Positions 1 through 12,100 of a stretch of 64,000 nucleotides of DNA are shown here, piece by piece (within the stretch, counting starts at the first letter, position 1; every line of letters starts with the position of its first letter). The stretch is from Macrostomum lignano. Its lineage: Eukaryota. The stretch covers positions 124,001 through 188,000 of the forward strand of contig NIVC01001095.1 in assembly GCA_002269645.1 (NCBI GenBank), given 5' to 3'. The position numbers and the translations under genes were made by a program. Under the pieces are notes generated by a model. That model ran no database searches. It had not been told where the DNA came from and was given only the letters and a program-made list of their open reading frames with translations.

Positions 1-351
1 TTAGTGGGGTGGCTCAAGGTCGGGGAGTAGGGTGGGGGTCAAGGACAGGGAGTGGGGAGGGCAAGGTCAGGTAGAGGCTTGTTGATAGTCTGTATCGTGC
101 TTAGCCAGCTTTTAAAGTGCAGCAGGGCTGCTTAGGTATAGAAAATTTATTAAGCTTCGTTTTCGATACACTATTATTTTAAATCCTACCCATCTGTCCC
201 ATCAGATTATTTATTAATCAAACGCTTTTACGTTTTTTCATTCCCATGCAATAAAAAAGTTTCCAGTTCTCACCGTAACGAAGATATATTGAATTCAAGC
301 TGTTTTAAACTATAAAAGAGTTAAAGTGTGCATATTTTTCACCGTATTTAG

Positions 352-3300
352 GCTAGCAAAGTTCAGATCAGCGAGTCGGAGGATATTCCGGCTAATCCGG
401 AGGGTCAACAGTATCTAGAGCACAAGAGCTACGTGATGATTGAGATTTGTTTGGACAAGCCGCTTGTGCCTAAAAGGACGCCAGAGGAAATGGCGAAGAG
501 GTGAGTTTTGATGATCTTTTATGGGTAATGGAATGAATAGAAAGTGGGGTGGGTGCTGCGCGGGGTGAGGTTGTGAAGGGTAGGAAGTGGAGTGCTGCGC
601 GGGGTGGGTATGAGGGATAGGAAGTGGGGTGGCGCGGGGTGAGGTTGTGAGGGGTAGGAAGTGGGGTGCTGTGCGGGGTGAGGGTGTGAGGGGTAGGAAA
701 TTGTGTGCTGCGCGGGTTGAGAGTAGGGGTGAAGCGATTGGAAGTGGGGTGCTACGCGGGGTAAGGGTGTGAGGGGTACGAAGTGGGGTGCTGCGCAGGG
801 TAAGGGTGTGAGGGGTAGGAAGTGGGGTGCTGCGCGGGGTGATAGTAAGAAGAGATTTGGCTAACTATTCACGCATCATTCGGCTAAGTGTTTGCATCAT
901 TTTTCAATCGTTGTCAATTCACTCCCAACCACCAGAGTCGCCGAGTACATCCCCGCCAGGCCAATGTACCCGAAGCGTACCAACTCCGCGGAGAAGGCGC
1001 TATCAGATTATCACCAGCAGGTGGCGGAAATTTCCGGCCGAGTCCTGGAAGAGTTCCGCTCGCTATTCACTGACAGCATTCGTGGAGGCCAGCTGCCTCT
1101 GACGCCAGACGGCATCGAGTCGATGCGGCAGGAGTTAATGTACTCATTGAATTCCAGCGGAAAGTACTTCGCCTTCAAAGAGCAACTGAAATACGCCGTG
1201 ATCAAGGTGGTTCGCGAGAAGTACATGAAGACTACTGGATTTCAGGATCAGGTGCATAATTCATCGTTTTTTGTATTTTGTTGCTATCACAAAGTAATAA
1301 GAGCTATAAATAAGAATTAGTCTCAATAAAGTATTGTACATGTATAAATGATCCCCAGGACGGTCATCAGTGTCATAGAATGATAGTTATCCAAGTGTCA
1401 TAGAATGACGGTCATCTTAGTGTCATATAATGACGGTCATCTTAATGTCATATAGAATGATGGTTTTGAGTGTCATAGAGGGACAGTCATCGACAGTTTC
1501 ATAGAATGACGGTCATCGACAGTTTCATAGAATGACGGTCATCGATAGTCATAGAATGATGGTCATCAGTGTCATTGAATGACGGTCATCGTAGTGTCAT
1601 AGAATGACGGTCATCTTAGCATCATAATTATGAGTGGATGACGGTCATCATTGTGTCAAGATGAGTAGGTGACGGTCATAACAGTGTTCAATCGCACAGT
1701 CATGAACACCCCGCCATCGCAGGCCGAGATGCAGCTGTTCCTACGAGACCTATTCGTGTACCTGGTTGACCAGCTGCAGGTGGGCATGCGCAAAGCGATC
1801 AGCTTGCAGGACCGGGTCCCTGTGCCGGCTCCGGTCACGGACTCCGATCAGCTGTTGCACTTTGCGCGCGAGGCCGAAGTCAATGAGAACCTCGGACTGG
1901 CGCAACAGCTCTATCAGGAGCGCATCGCCAGGGATCGGCTGAAGCCGCAGCACTGGTACGACTACGGCGTCTTCTCCCTGTCCACCGGGGATGTCGGCAA
2001 GGCCGAGGAGTGCTTCCGCGAGGCTGTGGCGCTGGAGCAGACTCATCTCAATGTGAGTTCTCACTCAATTCGAATCTCATTCAATCGATGCTCATTCCAT
2101 CAGATACTCACTCCATCAGATGCTCACTCCATCAGATACTCACTCCATCAGATACTCACTCCATCAGATACTCACTCCATCAGATACTCACTCCATCAGA
2201 TACTCACTCCATCAGATACTCACTCCATCAGATACTCACTCCATCAGATACTCACTCCATCAGATACTCACTCCATCAGATACTCACTCCATCAGATGCT
2301 CACTCTAATCAGATGCTCACTCCATCAGATGCTCAAGCTCCATCAGATGCTCACTCACCATTTGCAGGCCCTGATGATGCTGGGCATTGTGACAGCCCTT
2401 CAAGAGCGTCATCAGGAGGCTCAAACCTACCTGGAGGCGGCCACGGCTCACAGGCCGGACTCGCTGGTTGCCTGGACTCTGCTTCTTCTTTACTACGACT
2501 CCATTGGCAACGACATCGGCGCCGAGATGAGCCTGCTCGAGGCCAACCGTATCAACACGGCCGAGGCTGTTGCTAAGCACCGAGCCGAGAAAGAGGAAGC
2601 GGCCGCCGCCCTACAGGCTGAATCTGGAGTTAGCCAGCTGCATCTTATCCAGGAAGGTAAGCTCCGAGTGGCCATTAAGAGCCATGGAAAAATCGATACG
2701 TTTGCCTAGATGTTCACTCAGATCACAATTATTTTCACCAATCATACATACTGTCGATTTGAATAATAATTCTATCACTTTTAACTATCAAACAATGACT
2801 CATATTGTCAAACATATTCTTACACTTTGCGAAACCGGTGGTGCGTTTTATTATTTCAAATACCCATCGAGCTACGCAAACATTGCTAACAAAACCGCCA
2901 GAGAAAACGGCGGATTTGCTGGGTGCCAGTGCAGATCAGCCCAGCCAGACTCAGCAGCCGCAAGCGGAGGCCTCGGCCACAGGTGCCGGCGCTGGCGCCC
3001 CAGCCTCGGCTCTCGGAAATGAGCAGCTTCAGCACAGCGATAATAAGCTGTCAAAAACTAGCCAGGCGTCGAAATCGCAGGTCAACGCTCGTAAACAGAC
3101 GCCTAGCGTCAAAGGTATAATCCTTGAGCTCTTAAGAGAACTAAGTTCGCCGTTTTAGCAACGGATGAAATATACGCCATAACACCTACTCATTCTCTAC
3201 TCGTATAGATGAGTAGTATCTACTGCGTAGCAAATTTGTTATTTTGATTTTCGACGCTCCTAACACGGTGGTTGGTTAACAGTAATTTAATACTTGTGCA

Positions 3301-4612
3301 TTTGCACGTTTTCAGGCTTTAGCTCGTAGTCCTCAGCTAATAACCGTTGGATTTTTATTGAGGCTTCGCTTATCAAACGTCCAATCGGTGCTGTGTGTCG
3401 TTTAACACCGGAAAACACGACTTTAAAACTGAATGCAGTTAAGCAAAGTAGAGTGTTAATGCCAAATTTTCGGGCTAATATATTTTGCATTTGCTTCTTT
3501 CGCTGTAACAATGCTGCTTCGCGTCTCCCGTTCGCAAATTGCAATGATGGGGTTGCTCAACTGTCGTGCCGTCATTTTTTACACAGTACGTTTGCGTTGC
3601 ATTTGCATCATTCTAAATCATTTTTAATGGAGTCAAGAGAGTCAAGTCGTTTTTCGTGACGACTTTGCTAAGGTGTCCACGCCACAAAATCATACACACA
3701 AATAGTCGTGTTTCTAACAACACTCTTATTCCACCGCTTAGGACAAATCTGACATTTGGTAACTTGCACCGAACACCCGCAGCTGGAAAGAACTCGTCGT
3801 CTGGCACCCCGGCGCCATCCGCGGACGAAGCCGCGGCAACTGCAGCCGCCGAGGCAGCCGCAGCAGCTGCCGCAGCCGCCGCCGCGGCTGACGCTCGACC
3901 GCCAGCGCCGAGCCAGTCGGTGTTTATGCGAGCGGCGAACTTCTTGATTAAAAACTCAGCCGTTGCCTTCGCTGAACGAGCTCTGGCTCACGAAGTGGCC
4001 CATCTGCGCGGCTCCGGCCGGGAACTCACGCCGGACTATTTTCTGGCCCACGCTCGGCTGGCGATGCAGCAGCGGCAGTTTGAAACCGCCGAGGTGTCGC
4101 TCAACGATTTGCTACAGCTGGCGCCAACAGATGCTAATGGCTGGGCCTTGATGGGCCATCTCAAGTATCTGGTTGGCTACGTCCAGGCCGCGAGGGACTG
4201 CTACCAGCGCGTCCTGGCGCTGACCACCGACCCAGATGAGCCGCATCCGGTGATCCTGCGTCTGGCCAGCATTCACCTGCAGCTGGGTGACTACCGGCTG
4301 GCCAGGGAGACTTTCCTGCTAGCCTGCAAGCGCTCGCCGTCAGCCGTGTCTTGGCTGGGCGTCGGCATCGCCTGTTATCGATTGGGGGACCTGCAGGAAG
4401 CTGAAGACGCCTTGGCCGAAGCGAATCTGCTCAACAATCGCGATCCTGAGGTGTGGGCCTATCTTAGCTTAATCTGTTTGAGAACTGGCCGACGTCTAGA
4501 GGCTGAGCAGACCTACAAATACGCTGTTAAAGTTGGTCTCGAGGACGAACTGCTACTGAACGAGCTGCGTAACCTTCAGGCCGAGGTCGGCTTTGGAGAT
4601 CCGTCGCTGTGA
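352..4612 (+). CDS. CFAP70: Cilia- and flagella-associated protein 70 (TTC18), 3' part; exons 352-500, 936-1251, 1723-2052, 2368-2656, 2902-3114, 3783-4612; 5' exons lie left of the window
   Basis: All introns are GT-AG and phases join without frameshift (2,0,0,1,1). Translation includes CFAP70-like segments 'DKPLVPKRTPEE', 'LNSSGKYFAFKEQLKYAVIKVVREKY', TPR-like repeats ('WYDYGVF', 'WALMGHLKYL', 'WLGVGIACYRL') and C-terminus 'VGFGDPSL*'. The family call is from remembered similarity, not a search. Confidence 0.93.
541..840. repeat. G-rich ~39-bp minisatellite (GAAGTGGGGTGCTGCGCGGGGTGAGGTTGTGAGGGGTAG) in a CFAP70 intron
   Basis: About 7-8 diverged copies read directly; period 39 between 781 and 820. 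Confidence 0.85.
1355..1660. repeat. ~24-26-bp degenerate minisatellite (GTCATAGAATGACGGTCATC core) in a CFAP70 intron
   Basis: About 11-12 copies of the core visible. Confidence 0.85.
2095..2355. repeat. 16-bp minisatellite (CAGATACTCACTCCAT)n in a CFAP70 intron
   Basis: About 15 near-identical copies. Confidence 0.95.
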
Positions 4613-6158
4613 TTCTTTATTTTACTATATTTCGACCTTAATTGGACCTTACTGCCTTTGTTTTTGTTACTTTACTTTATAATTATATTTATAACTTAGT
4701 TTGGCTGTATTTTTAACTGAACAATTCTTAAGTCCTCGATTTAACTGAGCGAAAATTTTCCGTCCCTTTGGTGCGTACATCGGATAAACATCGGATGTAC
4801 ATTGGCGCGTACAGTAGGCCGCAAGCGTTTACTCCCTGGATTGATTTTTCTACCCTTCACCACCCAACCACCTCCCCACCATAGCGGCTGGCCAGGAGCC
4901 ATGTTTTCCGTCCCCTCGGTTATCTCATCTATTTTCAACCTAGCCGCCGTCCTCCGATTCACTTTTTTAGGATAATTTCATAGAATAGGGACTGTGTACT
5001 TTTAATTAAAAGACACGTTTTTAAGTTGGCTTCAGATCAGTGTTAGCCTAACCTTATCTTTTGCAGATTCACAAAAAAAACAAATTTTCGTGCTACTGCT
5101 AATGCTAACGGCTTAACGTTATTAAATTTTATAATTCCAAACTTTCACGAAAATGGAGGCTATAGTGATTGTTTTCCTGTGTTTTCTTTCAAATTTTGTT
5201 CTGTCTTTATGTCCCAACGGAATTATTAGCTAATTATGAAATGTTCATTTTTTTAATCTCCAAATAATGATTTTGTGACAACTAAACTGACTGAATTAAT
5301 TTTGAAATACAGAAATTGTGATACTTATCGAAAGATTTTGGTAAATAAGTATGCTGGTGTAGCTAGCTAACAAACAAATCACAAGCAGTGCGTTCTCTTA
5401 TTTTTTAACATTATCAAAAAGTTCAGGTTCATGTTTTTATGGCTTTATCCTAAGAATCCTAAGTCCTAAGCTAAGCTACGAAAAGCAATTAGCCAACTAT
5501 ACAGACAGGGATAGTTGATTGTGTACATTCTTAAGCTCTTCTTGACCGGCAAATAAAAATGTACGATTTAAGTCAATGTAACTGATTGGAAAATTGTATC
5601 AAAAATTACTTATGCATATCTAATCGAAATCTTAGCTATACAAAGAAGTTGAAAGCTTAAACTTAGTTCATGTTTACCTCTCGACCTTTGGTCTTATAAT
5701 AAGTAACAAAAAACGAACAAAGGCTAGGCGAAAGACGAGAATTTTACACACTTGAAGTAGTCCGATTTGCTCGCACCTGCTATCGGCACCCGAGTGTTAT
5801 AGACATGTTGTGAAAATTAAAAAAACGGAAGCAACACTCCCATGGAAACCCGGCGCAGGTTTGTCAAAAGCGCTCTCCACCGCGATGCTCTCGTTTTGTG
5901 ACTGTCTTGAGAAACATGGACAGAAAAATGGCAAATTCTGGGCTGCTTAGCAAGAAACGCTCTCCATGTAATAAGTATTAGAAAATGCGTCAAAGAGAGG
6001 GACGTGTAAGAATCGGGAGTCATAAATAAATATGAACGGAGCGAGTGTCGATTAAATGGAAAAATAGGAAAAATCGCGTGGGGGACGAGAATGACTTTTC
6101 TACAGGTTGAAAACACTGACTGAGGAATCGAACAATTCTTAGGCCTGACAAATAAGCG

Positions 6159-8513
6159 TCACGTGTGCGTCATATTAGTTGCTACCTGTCGGCTGCACTG
6201 ACAGCAAAGTATGTGACGACCTGACGGCACTGTTGACGCCCCTCCTCTCGGCGTCCACGAATCCCCGGCGCCGATTGCCGCCGCCACTTTGCTTCGCCTT
6301 CGCGGCCGACGCTCCTGACTGTGCTGCAGCATCAGCAGGTGTCGATAACAGTCATTGCACAATCTTTGCCGACTGCTCTGTGCGTTTGAGCAACGCCTGT
6401 AGGAAGACTGCGGCAGTGGCGGTGGTCGATTTGTCGACTTCGGATTGCAAAAGTCGGAATCGGAGCTTGGCAGGTACTGCGAACTGATAGTGCAGCAACT
6501 GCAGCGCGAATGACAGCGCCGATAGCGAGGGCGGCATCGCCGTCTGTGCCAATGACGTCGACCCGGGCCGGGCGATGGCTCCGTTGATTGAGTGTGAGCT
6601 GACGGAGTTGACGACGGTGGCGATTCGAGCTGTAGCTGCGAGTGCAACCGGACCAATGATTGAGCTGGTGGCTCAGGAGGAATCGACTCTGATGGCGGCG
6701 GAGGCGCTGCCTGCGGCGGCGGTTGTTCAGGAGGCGGAGGTGGAGGAGGTTGCGGAGGTGGAGGTGGAGGAGGCGTTGGAGGAGGCGGTGGCGGCTGGTA
6801 ATACGATGATGCTCTAGGCGGTGGAGCTGGCGCAGGAGTTGGTGGATCCGGCAATGGAGGCGGCAGACTTGGCGGTGGTGGTTGCGGTGGTATCGAAGAC
6901 TTTCTACGAGATCTACGTGTTGAAGTTGGCCGCGGTGGCGGCGGCTGTTGTGGAGGTAGCGGCTGCGGCGGCGGTGGGGGTTGAGGTGGCGGCGGTGGCG
7001 GCGGTGGTTGCGACTTTTCAACTCGAAGCGAAGGCTGAGATGATTTTCGATGTGACCGACGAGTCGGCGGAGGTGAAGATGTAGAGTCTTCCTCCTCTTC
7101 TTCAGTGTCGTTGCTGCTCTGCGGACTCGGCAATCGTTTTGGTTTTGGAGGTGGCGGAGGGGGTGCCGGTGGGGGAGGCGGCGGTGCAGCGGTAGGAGCG
7201 GGTTTCGGTGGCTGCGGTGGCAGTGGCTCCTCACCGCGCTCTTTCCGTCTACGCCGCCGCCGATGCCGCCGATGCCTGTTTCGCTCCTTGGACACGCTGC
7301 TACAGACAAGCACCTTGGTGGTGGACGTCGGCGGCGGAGGTGGTGGCAGTTTTTTTGACGAAGACTTTGATCTCGGCGGCGCGTCTGCTGGAGGCGAAGA
7401 CTCCGAGCTGGACTGCTGCGAGTCCGTGCTTACGTCCGACTCCGATGCCGATGATTTGCTGCAATTTTCGTCGTCCTCGTCTGTTGAGAGCATAGACCGG
7501 TCGGAAGCGCTGCAAGACGAAGAATCAGACTCGCCTGTTTCAGACTCTTCGCTGCTCGTTCCGCAGTCCTGTTTGCTTCCATTGTCTTCGTTCTTGCCGA
7601 CTGCTGGCGGCGGTGGACCGTCACTGTTGCTGACCTGTAGCATTCGAGTCGCGTTATTCGTCGACAGCGATGATGGTGAAGCGTTTCGAGCCGCACGTCG
7701 TTGCTTCCGCCGTTTCGATTTCGAGCAGCTCCTTGCACGACGCGTTTTACTTCGATCTCGATGTGAATGACTTCTCTTTCTTCTCCTCCTTCGGCGATGG
7801 CCTCTATATCCTGGTAAGGAAGCACTCTCCGTTGACGCTGTGGAAGATGCTGTCGGTGTTGAGGTCCTAGTGGACATCGAAGCGGTGGCCACGGACGGAG
7901 GCGACGGAGACGAACCGGAAGCTGTCACCTCTAAGATTCGATGTCGGGTTCGCTGGCAGATCTCTACGGTCAGGCTGTACCTACACCGAAGCCGACGGCT
8001 GGTAGGTTTTGTATCGTCTGGAATGGGCGCAAGCGGTGTAGTGTCTTAAGTTGATTTGTGGTGAGACATCAACAAGAAGATTGAGACATCTGCCTCAGGA
8101 TTGAGACACAAACCAATACCTAGAGTTAAGACACACTTCACAAATGATAATGCTATACAATATCCGCTTCAGAATTGAAACACACTTCAGGACTGAACCC
8201 CCAAAAAGTTCTGTATTGATTGAAGCATCTACTCCAGCAACAGGCATTAAAAATTTAGATTAGTCACCATTAACTGTTTTTCGGCTGTCGTTACTTCTAC
8301 GCCTTCTTGACCGCGACTTTGCAGTTCGCCCGTCTTCAGTCCCAATACGACAGCTGTCGCCTTCACTGTGTCGACTTGCATTGCTGACGTTAATTTGATA
8401 GCCGGGATTATCGCCCTCCTCGGCCATCGAAACATTAGTCACGTGTTGCTTAGTAGCTGATGATACTGACTTGAAATCAGCCTCATCTTTGCCTGCTTCA
8501 GCCAGCGTTTTAA
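6159..8513 (-). CDS. Uncharacterised Ser/Arg/Pro-rich low-complexity protein; exons ~8513(or ATG 8427)-8268 and 8044-6159 (681 aa if started at 8427)
   Basis: Uninterrupted frame of ~628 codons from an AG acceptor (exon starts at 8044) to TGA at 6159-6161. The upstream exon ends at a GTGACT donor (8267) in matching phase 1. Poly-Pro, Ser-rich and Arg-rich tracts. The true 5' end is unresolved. Confidence 0.65.
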
Positions 8514-9156
8514 CTTATCAAGATTAGTGCAACTTTTTGACTATATAGTTTTTGTTCAGCAGATTTCAATATGACCAATAGAATGCTAATACTTTGCCAG
8601 AGTTTGCAAGAGATTCTCTGCTCATTGCTATGCCCTGAAGGCAACAGAATTCTTTCTAGGTCCTTTCTTGACTGCGTTCTAAATTTGAATAGCACTCGAG
8701 GATGCATTCGGCTGATTTTCAACTCTGCTGGTTGTCTCTACGCTCTGTGTAATTGTCTATGGCCGGATATTGCATGTTTTATTTTAAGATCTTCCGCTCT
8801 TCGAGTCTGATGAGGAACCCAACTTAAAGCACAAGATTGAGTGTATGAATTTAAACGGCCTATTGCTGTTTGTTAATTCATTCCAATACCCAATTCTAAA
8901 AGTCTAAAATCATTAAATTTAAGTTTTGAAACACAAAATCCAAGCGTGTACGAATTTGGGAAAAGTTAACCTGAAGCAACTTTTTTATTTTTAAGCTAGT
9001 AGAAAAAATACACTCAATTTTTTGGACATTAGGGCAACTTTCGAGCAATTAAGCAAAGATATTTCCAATGAAACTGATTCTTTCATTTCATTGAAACCAA
9101 TGAAACAGTAGCAAAGAGATCAATCACTGTCTGCTTTACAAGTATGTCATCATTTT

Positions 9157-12100
9157 TCACTTCGCCTGCGGCTCCTTAAAGGAGACGCTCCGTCGTTCCT
9201 TCGGGCTGGCCGCGTTGTCCCTCGGCACAGCTGCAGCAGCCAGTGACGACTTGCCCGCGGCAGCACAAGCGGCCATTGCGGCTGCCTCTGCGGACAATGG
9301 CGCAACAGTCTGGCTCTGCCGTCGCGACCCGGCGACGGAGGCGGTCCGTGAAGCCGACGCCGAGCCTCCAGACGATCGAGACGACCCGGCTGCCACAGCG
9401 GCGGCGACAGCGGCGGCGGCGGCTGCAGCAGCGGACTGGCTGAGCTGCGTCGCCGGCGGTGGCGCCGTCCTGGCGTCGTGCAGCATCTGCAGCAGGCGGC
9501 AGGCATTCGCCACCTCGCTGCTGCTGCATCCACCGCGGGCACTCGACGCTGAGCCACCGTAGGCAGCAGAAGACGTCACTGGTCGTCGCTGTCGATTCAC
9601 AGTGGCAAACGAGGCGATCGACGCCGCAGAGGACAGTCGGGAGTTCGCGCCCCCATTGGCTCCTCCTTCGCCGCCGCCCAAGTAGCTGTACTGAGCAGCC
9701 TGAGCCCGAAGGCGACGCGCCAGCAGCCGTCGGGCCGCCTGCTCCGTCAGTGCGTCAACGTCGACGCTGACAATTTTGCCATCGTTTCCACCGTAGCCGA
9801 CGTTCGCCGCGTCAGCCACCGGCTTTGCGCCGTTCTCCAGCTGGTCATCGTCAACCAAAAACTGCACGCGAAAGGCGCTGACAGTGGCTGGACGCGGGCG
9901 CAGTCGGGTCCTCTCCGACCGCAACGGATCGTCAATTGATGGTCGACGTCCCGTGTCGAGCGGCGCGCCTACAGTAATAGTTGACGCCGGAGTCGTCGGC
10001 GGAGTTGGCACCGCCAGCCGAGGCAGAGAGTCGTCAGCATTGGTGGCAGCAGCTGGCCCTGTCGTGGACACCTGTTGATCGTCGTGTCGACGACGCCTTG
10101 ACGACGCGGAAGTGGTCGATGACCTGGCACTGTGCAGTTGGCGGTAGGTGAACTCTGGTTGCTGGTGCCGGTGCCAGTGCTCGTGCTGGCGCTGCTGGGA
10201 AGAAATCCTACGGAGCGGTTAGAAGCGATAATCAACTAATTAGTAGTGAGCAATAGAAAACACATTAAACTGTTTGGTCAACTAAACGTCCTTGTACTGA
10301 GTTTCGTTTCCAACCCAGCTACTCTTAGAGATCCATGGCGTTTTGGGGGTAAAACCTTGGATTCGTTGTCAACGTTGGATTTAAATGTAGAGTCAGCTGT
10401 GTCCAAAGGTCCCGTGCTTGATAATAGCTTTCTCTAGAGCAGGCAAGTTTTGCGTGCGGGCAGGGGGTGGGCGTTGCACAACCTTGAGACTTCAAGGGAT
10501 CACAGAGTCAAAAGTGTTCAAGTTGTGAGAGAACGGAAGTGAATTTTTAGCGCTGTGAAATTTCGACACACGCACCTGGGTCGCACAGCGCCGGCAGTGT
10601 AGATTCGTCGAACTTCCTCGGCTTTTCTAGCCGCCGTCCTGCTGCCGCTGCCGCTCCTCTCCAGCCAGTCCAGAGCGCTCAGGAAGCAGGAATTGTCGCG
10701 CAGGTAGGCTGAGGCGCAGCCGTTCAGGAGCAGGTAGAGTCCTGCACGGCAGTTGCCACTCTGGCAGGCCAGCATCAGCGGTGTCAGGCCGAGCCGGTTG
10801 CGGCAGTCCACCGTGGACCGGTTCTCCAGGGCGAGGTCGACCAGGACGCACGTGATGCGCGGGTTGCCCTGCACTGCGGCGTGGTGCAGCGGAGTGCAAC
10901 CGTCATTGTCTGGCTCAGTTGGGTCCAGAACCTGTGCAGTTAGGATAGCAAAGTCAGTTATGGTAACTATAGGCAAAATTGTTGCTTCATGCTTACGTTT
11001 ATGTCAAGGACGACTAAAGTAACGTATATATAAAGGTCTACTTAAGTAGTCCTTGGTGTATGCATGTACGAGCTGGTTGCACCCTTCATGCTTATGTGTA
11101 TGCATCTGTAGTTGCACCCTTCATGCTTTTGTGTATGCATCTGTAGTTGCACCCTTCATGCTTTTGTGTATGCATCTATTTGCACCCTTCATGCTGATGT
11201 GTATGCATCTGTAGTTGCACCCTTCATGCTTATGTGTATGCATCTGTAGTTGCACCCTTCATGCTTATGTGTATGCATGTAGTTGCACCCTTCATGCTTA
11301 TGTGTATGCATCTGTAGTTGCACCCTTCATGCTTATGTGTATGCATGTAGTTGCACCCTTCATGCTTATGTGTATGCATCTGTAGTTGCACCCTTCATGC
11401 TTATGTGTATGCATCTGTAGTTGCACCCTTCATGCTTATGTGTATGCATGTAGTTGCACCCTTCATGCTTATGTGTATGCATCTGTAGTTGCACCCTTCA
11501 TGCTTATGTGTATGCATGTAGTTGCACCCTTCATGCTTATGTGTATGCATCTAGTTGCACCCTTCATGCTTATGTGTATGCATCTGTAGTTGCACCCTTC
11601 ATGCTTATGTGTATGCATGTAGTTGCACCCTTCATGCTTATGTGTATGCATCTAGTTGCACCCTTCATGCTTATGTGTATGCATCTGTAGTTGCACCCTT
11701 CATGCTTATGTGTATGCATCTGTAGTTGCACCCTTCATGCTTATGTGTATGCATCTGTAGTTGCACCCTTCATGCTTATGTGTATGCATCTGTAGTTGCA
11801 CCCTTCATGCTTATGTGTATGCATGTAGTTGCACCCTTCATGCTTATGTGTATGCATCTAGTTGCACCCTTCATGCTTATGTGTATGCATCTGTAGTTGC
11901 ACCCTTCATGCTTATGTGTATGCATCTGTAGTTGCACCCTTCATGCTTATGTGTATGCATGTAGTTGCACCCTTCATGCTTATGTGTATGCATCTAGTTG
12001 CACCCTTCATGCTTATGTGTATGCATCTGTAGTTGCACCCTTCATGCTTATGTGTATGCATGTAGTTGCACCCTTCATGCTTATGTGTATGCATCTAGTT

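Noticed and set aside
6179-7770. + strand Ala/Val/Gly-rich ORFs and the alternative - frame 6352-6552
   Set aside because: Antisense or shifted shadows of the GC-rich poly-Pro exon; short, and not linked by splice sites.
9150-10235. Multiple alternative-frame ORFs over the last ankyrin exon
   Set aside because: Only the frame entering at the 10207 acceptor matches the phase-2 donor of the previous exon.
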